Shown piece after piece: positions 15,614-20,000 of a stretch of DNA of 20,000 nt. Location: IMG/VR virus record IMGVR_UViG_3300025138_000028, one strand, 5' to 3'. This stretch comes from an uncultured virus (IMG/VR IMGVR_UViG_3300025138_000028). Lineage: Duplodnaviria; Heunggongvirae; Uroviricota; Caudoviricetes. How positions within the stretch are numbered: the first letter of the stretch is position 1; every line of letters begins with the position of its first letter. The position numbers were made by a program, and so were the translations under genes. The notes under the pieces were generated by a model. It had not been told where the DNA came from, ran no database searches, and saw nothing but the letters and a program-made list of their open reading frames with translations.

Positions 15614-16120
15614 ATGGCGACATTAACACAAAATTTAAACTTTTTACAGCCTACAAATTTTAAGGTAGTAATAGATCATTCTAAATTTGGCAACTTAGAA
15701 TTCTTTGCTCAGAGAGTAGTTCATCCAGGGATTACTATATCGTCTCCCAATTTACCCTATTTAAGAGTTGCTACTGTTCCTTTACCAGGAGATACTTTAA
15801 CTTTTGAAGATTTGGCTATGGATGTTTTAGTTGATGAAAATCTAAAAACTTATTCTGAAGTATTTAATTTATTAACGTCTATGGTACAAAAAAACGTTGA
15901 AAGTCCTTTAGATAATAGAAGAACAGACTTAACGTTTACGCCAACAATGGATATTACTCTCACTATAACTAGTAGCCACAATAATGTCATTAAAACTATT
16001 AGATATATAGATTGTGTACCTACAAGTATAGGCACTATATTACTAGAAGCAACATCGGACACGTCACCCGTGATTACATTTCCCGTACAATTCAGTATAG
16101 GATATTATGAAATAAAATAA
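15614..16120 (+). CDS. gp3: Tail completion / tube terminator protein
   Basis: NLNFLQPTNFK, LEFFAQ....PGI, PGD.LTFEDL....LVDENL..Y.E, ..Y.D..PTSIG. Synteny gp3-uvsY-uvsW. Confidence 0.9.
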   Translation: MATLTQNLNFLQPTNFKVVIDHSKFGNLEFFAQRVVHPGITISSPNLPYLRVATVPLPGDTLTFEDLAMDVLVDENLKTYSEVFNLLTSMVQKNVESPLDNRRTDLTFTPTMDITLTITSSHNNVIKTIRYIDCVPTSIGTILLEATSDTSPVITFPVQFSIGYYEIK

Positions 16121-16143
16121 ATTATTATATTATGGAGAAATAA

Positions 16144-16590
16144 TTGCTAACAATTGAAACTACTTTAGAAGAATGGCAAAAAGATTGCCAAATAGATGAA
16201 AAAAATTTAGTTAGATCCACCGTAGAAATTGCAAAACTACACGCAAAATATTTACAGGTTCTTTCTATAAACAAACTACAACTTAAAAAATCTGAGATGA
16301 AACAAAAAACACTTTTATTAGAAAAGTGGAAATATTATAATGGAAAATTGTCTCAAGATGAAATCGATGCACATGGTTGGACTTATGATCCTTTTGATGG
16401 TATAAAGCCACTCAAAGGAGATATGAACCGTTATTACGATGCAGATGAAGATATTCAAAAATCAGAAGAACGAATAGCATACTACAAAACTTTTGTTGAG
16501 ACACTTTCAGAAATCGTAGAAAATTTAAAATGGAAGCATCAATCAATAAGTAATATTATTAGATGGAAACAGTTTGAGGCTGGTGGATAA
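16144..16590 (+). CDS. uvsY: Recombination mediator UvsY
   Basis: TTG start with GGAG RBS. W..D..ID......S....KLHAKYL, KWKYYNGK, I.N.I.W..FEAG. Confidence 0.9.
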   Translation: MLTIETTLEEWQKDCQIDEKNLVRSTVEIAKLHAKYLQVLSINKLQLKKSEMKQKTLLLEKWKYYNGKLSQDEIDAHGWTYDPFDGIKPLKGDMNRYYDADEDIQKSEERIAYYKTFVETLSEIVENLKWKHQSISNIIRWKQFEAGG

Positions 16591-18098
16591 TGATTGAAAA
16601 AATTTCGGTAATGAAGAAAAATGAAAGCCAACTGCTAGTTGATTGTGACAGCGGAATTCTTATGGAATTAAATGAATACTTCAGTTTCTTCGTGGATGGA
16701 TACAAATATATGCCTCTTTATCGAAATAAAGTTTGGGATGGCAAAATTAGAATATTCAATGGAATGACGCAAGAGTTGCCGGCAGGTCTACTACATCAAC
16801 TCAAATCATTTTCGAAACAACGAGGATATGAATTAGATTATGAAGATAGTGAATATGGTTCTCCCGAGCAATACAATCAAATAGATCCCGACACTGTTAT
16901 GAAATTCATTGAAACTTTAGATTTAAGAAGCAAAGGTAATCCTATAAAAATAAGAGATTATCAATTCGATGCTATATGCACTGCAATTAAAAATAAAAGA
17001 TCGATACTGCTATCTCCTACAGGTTCAGGTAAATCTCTAGTCATTTATGTTTTGTTAAGATGGTATATGAAAAACAACGATAATAAAGTATTAGTAATTG
17101 TTCCAACAACATCATTAGTACAACAGATGTTTGCGGATTTTTCGGATTATTCGACACATGATAATTCTTTTGCTGTTGAGAAAGAATGTCATGTAATATA
17201 TTCTGGAAAAGCTAAACATGATATAAAAGAACGTATAATTGTTAGTACTTGGCAATCCATATATAAACTTCCTCCGAGTTGGTTTTCTAATTTTGGAGTA
17301 GTATTCGGAGATGAGTGCCATGGATTTAAATCGAAATCTCTTACATCTATTATGAATAAATGTGTAAACACTGCGTATAGATATGGAACAACAGGGACAC
17401 TTGACGGTACACAAACCCACAAACTTGTTTTAGAAGGTTTATTTGGTAAAGTAAGAAAAGTTACCACAACAAAAAAATTACAAGATGACGATACTTTAGC
17501 ACCTCTCAATATTTTTATGTTGACTTTAGAATATAGTGAACAAGAAAAAATGGAAAATGTAGGTAAAACTTACGCTCAAGAAATTAATTGGATCGTACTA
17601 AATGAAGCTAGAAACAACTTCATACGAAACTTGGCCATTGATATGAAAGGAAATACATTAGTCCTTTTTCAATTTGTAGAAAAACATGGTAAAGTTCTAC
17701 ATGATATAATTTCTGATAAAGCAGAAGAAAATAGAAAGGTATTCTATGTATCTGGCCAAACAGAAGCTACGGACAGAGAAGCTATAAGAAAAATTGTTGA
17801 AACTCAAAAAGATTCTATAATTGTAGCTTCTTTAGGCACTTTTAGTACAGGTATAAATATTAAGAACTTACATAACATCATATTTGCTTCTCCTAGTAAA
17901 TCTCAAATCAGAGTATTACAAAGTATAGGAAGAACTTTAAGAAAAAGTGATGATGGTAGAGTGAGTAAGTTATACGACTTAGTGGACGATCTAAAACACA
18001 AATCAAAAGATAATTACGCATTACTTCATGGAGAAGAAAGACTAAAAATCTACAAGAAAGAGAAATTTGATTTTAAAGAGTACAGGATAAAGCTATGA
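16590..18098 (+). CDS. uvsW: SF2 DNA/RNA helicase UvsW
   Basis: WDGKIR, RDYQ, SPTGSGKS, VPTTSLV.QM, STWQS, GDECH, GTTGT, GTFSTGINIKNLHN, LQSIGR.LR. Confidence 0.97.
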   Translation: MIEKISVMKKNESQLLVDCDSGILMELNEYFSFFVDGYKYMPLYRNKVWDGKIRIFNGMTQELPAGLLHQLKSFSKQRGYELDYEDSEYGSPEQYNQIDPDTVMKFIETLDLRSKGNPIKIRDYQFDAICTAIKNKRSILLSPTGSGKSLVIYVLLRWYMKNNDNKVLVIVPTTSLVQQMFADFSDYSTHDNSFAVEKECHVIYSGKAKHDIKERIIVSTWQSIYKLPPSWFSNFGVVFGDECHGFKSKSLTSIMNKCVNTAYRYGTTGTLDGTQTHKLVLEGLFGKVRKVTTTKKLQDDDTLAPLNIFMLTLEYSEQEKMENVGKTYAQEINWIVLNEARNNFIRNLAIDMKGNTLVLFQFVEKHGKVLHDIISDKAEENRKVFYVSGQTEATDREAIRKIVETQKDSIIVASLGTFSTGINIKNLHNIIFASPSKSQIRVLQSIGRTLRKSDDGRVSKLYDLVDDLKHKSKDNYALLHGEERLKIYKKEKFDFKEYRIKL

Positions 18099-18547
18099 AT
18101 ACAAATAACGTACTACAACTAAAGTTAGCTAATGGAGAAGAAATAATTTGTGAGTTATTGGAACTCGCGGATGAAGATTCCATAGATGAAGAATTTGAAG
18201 TAGTTGCAAGGAACTGCTTAAAAATAACTACATCAGAAATGACAATCAATCGTGTTTTATGTATGCTTAAACCTTGGATGTCTTTTCAAGATACTATAGG
18301 TAATAATTTAGCTTCAATAAATCCTCAGCATATAGTATCAAGATGTATTCCTAGCGATGAATTGATGGAACAATACGAAAGGGCTACTTCCGCAAATGAC
18401 TACGATGAAGAAAATGATGAACTATTTACAAAAAAAGACCTCTTAGACGCAGCCAACTGGATGCAAAGATTGGGAATAACTAAAGAGCATGAGATGTTAG
18501 ATTCTGATGAAAATGTGATTAAGTTTCCTGAAGGTAGAAAACACTAG
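18095..18547 (+). CDS. Conserved hypothetical protein between uvsW and gp55
   Basis: 150-aa ORF (LKL.NGEEIIC..., LKPWM) with an ATGA overlap with uvsW. Confidence 0.75.
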   Translation: MNTNNVLQLKLANGEEIICELLELADEDSIDEEFEVVARNCLKITTSEMTINRVLCMLKPWMSFQDTIGNNLASINPQHIVSRCIPSDELMEQYERATSANDYDEENDELFTKKDLLDAANWMQRLGITKEHEMLDSDENVIKFPEGRKH

Positions 18548-18576
18548 TATATACCCCACTCACTAAGAAGAATCTT

Positions 18577-18604
18577 ATTATAACAGATTCGTTGAAAACG
18601 TCAA
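18577..18604 (-). promoter_or_regulatory. Antisense sigma70-type promoter with extended -10
   Basis: Minus strand TTGACG-16 nt-TATAAT, with TGT immediately before TATAAT (TGn extended -10). Confidence 0.55.
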
Positions 18605-18618
18605 TAGAAAATATGTGG

Positions 18619-18647
18619 TAGACAAAATATAATTTTTGTAGTATAAT
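18619..18647 (+). promoter_or_regulatory. Sigma70-type promoter for gp55-gp47
   Basis: TAGACA-17 nt-TATAAT upstream of RBS GAAGGAG (18658-18664). Confidence 0.75.
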
Positions 18648-18669
18648 GTTAAATAATGAAGGAGCGAAT

Positions 18670-19266
18670 ATGCCTAAAGCAAAAACAAAAAATACTCATT
18701 ACGTGAACAATCAAGAATTTTCAGCAAATATTGTTGAGTATGTAAAAACCGTAAACGAAGCAAGAAAAAAATCTGAAGAACTGCCTGTAGTTACTAACTA
18801 TTTGGCAGAATGTTTTTTAAAAATCGCTGAAAATTTATCACATAAATCTAACTTTATTCGGTACACTTACCGAGAAGAAATGGTTATGGATGCAGTAGAA
18901 AATTGTTTAAAGGCAGTAGAAAATTATAATATCAATGCAACCACTCGCTCTGGAAAACCAAATGCTTTTGCATACTTTACACAGATTATATGGTACGCTT
19001 TTTTGCGCCGTATAGCTAAAGAAAAGAAACAACAAGAAATCAAAGAAAAATACTTGTCACAATCTGGAATAGAAGAATTTTTGGTTTCAGAGCAAGGAGA
19101 AGCATCTTCTGTTGTTGCCACTCACTTTATCGATGTTCTTAAAGACCGTATTGACAAAGTGAAAGAATATGATACAATTATGAAAGAATTTGGTAAAAAA
19201 GAAAAGCAACAAAGGAAGAAGCGAACAGTAAATGCTGATTCAGATTTAAAGGATTTCTTAGAGTGA
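18670..19266 (+). CDS. gp55: Late transcription sigma factor
   Basis: HYVNN.EF, FLKIAE.LSHK.NF..YTYRE.MV.DAVENCL....NYN, NAFAYFTQI..YAFLRRI.KEKKQ. Start moved to ATG 18670 because that is where the RBS lies. Confidence 0.95.
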   Translation: MPKAKTKNTHYVNNQEFSANIVEYVKTVNEARKKSEELPVVTNYLAECFLKIAENLSHKSNFIRYTYREEMVMDAVENCLKAVENYNINATTRSGKPNAFAYFTQIIWYAFLRRIAKEKKQQEIKEKYLSQSGIEEFLVSEQGEASSVVATHFIDVLKDRIDKVKEYDTIMKEFGKKEKQQRKKRTVNADSDLKDFLE

Positions 19267-20000
19267 AAATACTTATTCTTAATGATACACACACAGGCAT
19301 AAGGAACTCATCCGATATATTCCTAGATAATGCGTCTAAATTTTATTCGGAACTACTATTTCCCTACTGCGACAAGCACGATATTAAACAGATACTACAT
19401 TTAGGAGATTATTATGATAATAGAAAAATTATTAATTTTAAATCTCTAACCCATAACAGACATTCTTTTCTCAATCCTATGAGAAAACGAGGAATGACTA
19501 TGGATATTATTCCGGGTAACCACGATACTTATTTTAAAAATACAAATGATTTAAATTCTCTAAAAGAGTTATTGGGTCATTATATGAACGAAATCCATAT
19601 TATAATGAAGCCTACAGTGATGAACTATGGTGGTCTTGACATTGCATTACTACCATGGATTACTAATGAGAACCATTCAGAATCTATGAATTTTGTTAAG
19701 AATTGTAAAGCATCTATCCTCGGCGGTCACTTAGAACTAAGTGGTTTTGATATGATGAGGGGTATTCAAAGTCGTGGTGGTTTAGACAAAAATATCTTTT
19801 CAAGATTTGAAACTGTTATGTCTGGACATTATCATACAAAGTCTCAGCAAGACAACATTATGTATTTGGGCACACAGATGGAATTTTTCTGGTCAGACGC
19901 GCATGATCCTAAGCACTTTCATGTGTTAGATACTGAAACCCGAGAAATAGAAGCTATTAGAAATCCATTCACATTATTTGAAAAGATAGTTTATGATGAT
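19263..20000 (+). CDS. gp47: Recombination endonuclease subunit (Mre11/SbcD-like), 3' truncated
   Basis: GTG start overlapping the gp55 stop. MKILILNDTHTGIRN, LHLGDYYDNRK, IPGNHD, GHLEL.GF, SGHYH are metallophosphoesterase motifs. Not in the supplied ORF track because it runs off the window. Confidence 0.95.
   Translation, partial: MKILILNDTHTGIRNSSDIFLDNASKFYSELLFPYCDKHDIKQILHLGDYYDNRKIINFKSLTHNRHSFLNPMRKRGMTMDIIPGNHDTYFKNTNDLNSLKELLGHYMNEIHIIMKPTVMNYGGLDIALLPWITNENHSESMNFVKNCKASILGGHLELSGFDMMRGIQSRGGLDKNIFSRFETVMSGHYHTKSQQDNIMYLGTQMEFFWSDAHDPKHFHVLDTETREIEAIRNPFTLFEKIVYDD

Noticed and set aside
17852..17859. TATAAATA inside uvsW as a late promoter
   Set aside because: It falls in the conserved helicase motif STGINIK and is over 230 nt from the next start, so coding constraint explains it.
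18646..18669. gp55 start at 18646 as given in the ORF track
   Set aside because: That ATG overlaps the -10 box. The RBS GAAGGAG supports ATG 18670.
3460..19121. Short alternative-frame and antisense ORFs in the track (e.g. 3460-3729, 4068-4325, 9215-9427, 11920-12201, 13233-13538, 13796-14104, 17115-17509, 18924-19121)
   Set aside because: They lie within well-supported genes, lack recognisable motifs, and are expected shadows of biased codon usage.
10985..20000. Introns, inteins, homing endonucleases or stop-codon recoding in core genes
   Set aside because: gp21, gp22, gp23, UvsW and gp55 are uninterrupted and of ordinary length under the standard code. TAA, TAG and TGA all act as stops.

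Overview
Segment of an AT-rich T4-like myophage genome with the gene order of marine T4-like phages. It contains the 3' end of portal gp20, then gp67, a small gp68-position protein, gp21, gp22 and gp23, a convergent block of four small early ORFs, then gp3, uvsY, uvsW, a conserved hypothetical, gp55 and the 5' part of gp47. The unusual part is a ~10.4 kb insertion (122-10481) between portal and gp67, which are normally adjacent. It encodes one 1443-aa multidomain fibre, three short fibres sharing an N-terminal module and a conserved GYGITD junction (60 bp identical between two of them) but with different tips (two sampled tips are ~60% GC), four fibre chaperones, a sulfotransferase and a kinase-like protein. 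The long fibre is enriched in Asp-Ser dipeptides. The early block has three repeated sigma70-type promoter cassettes with palindromes, and an antisense promoter with no ORF behind it faces uvsW. All family calls come from motif recognition and synteny, not database searches.
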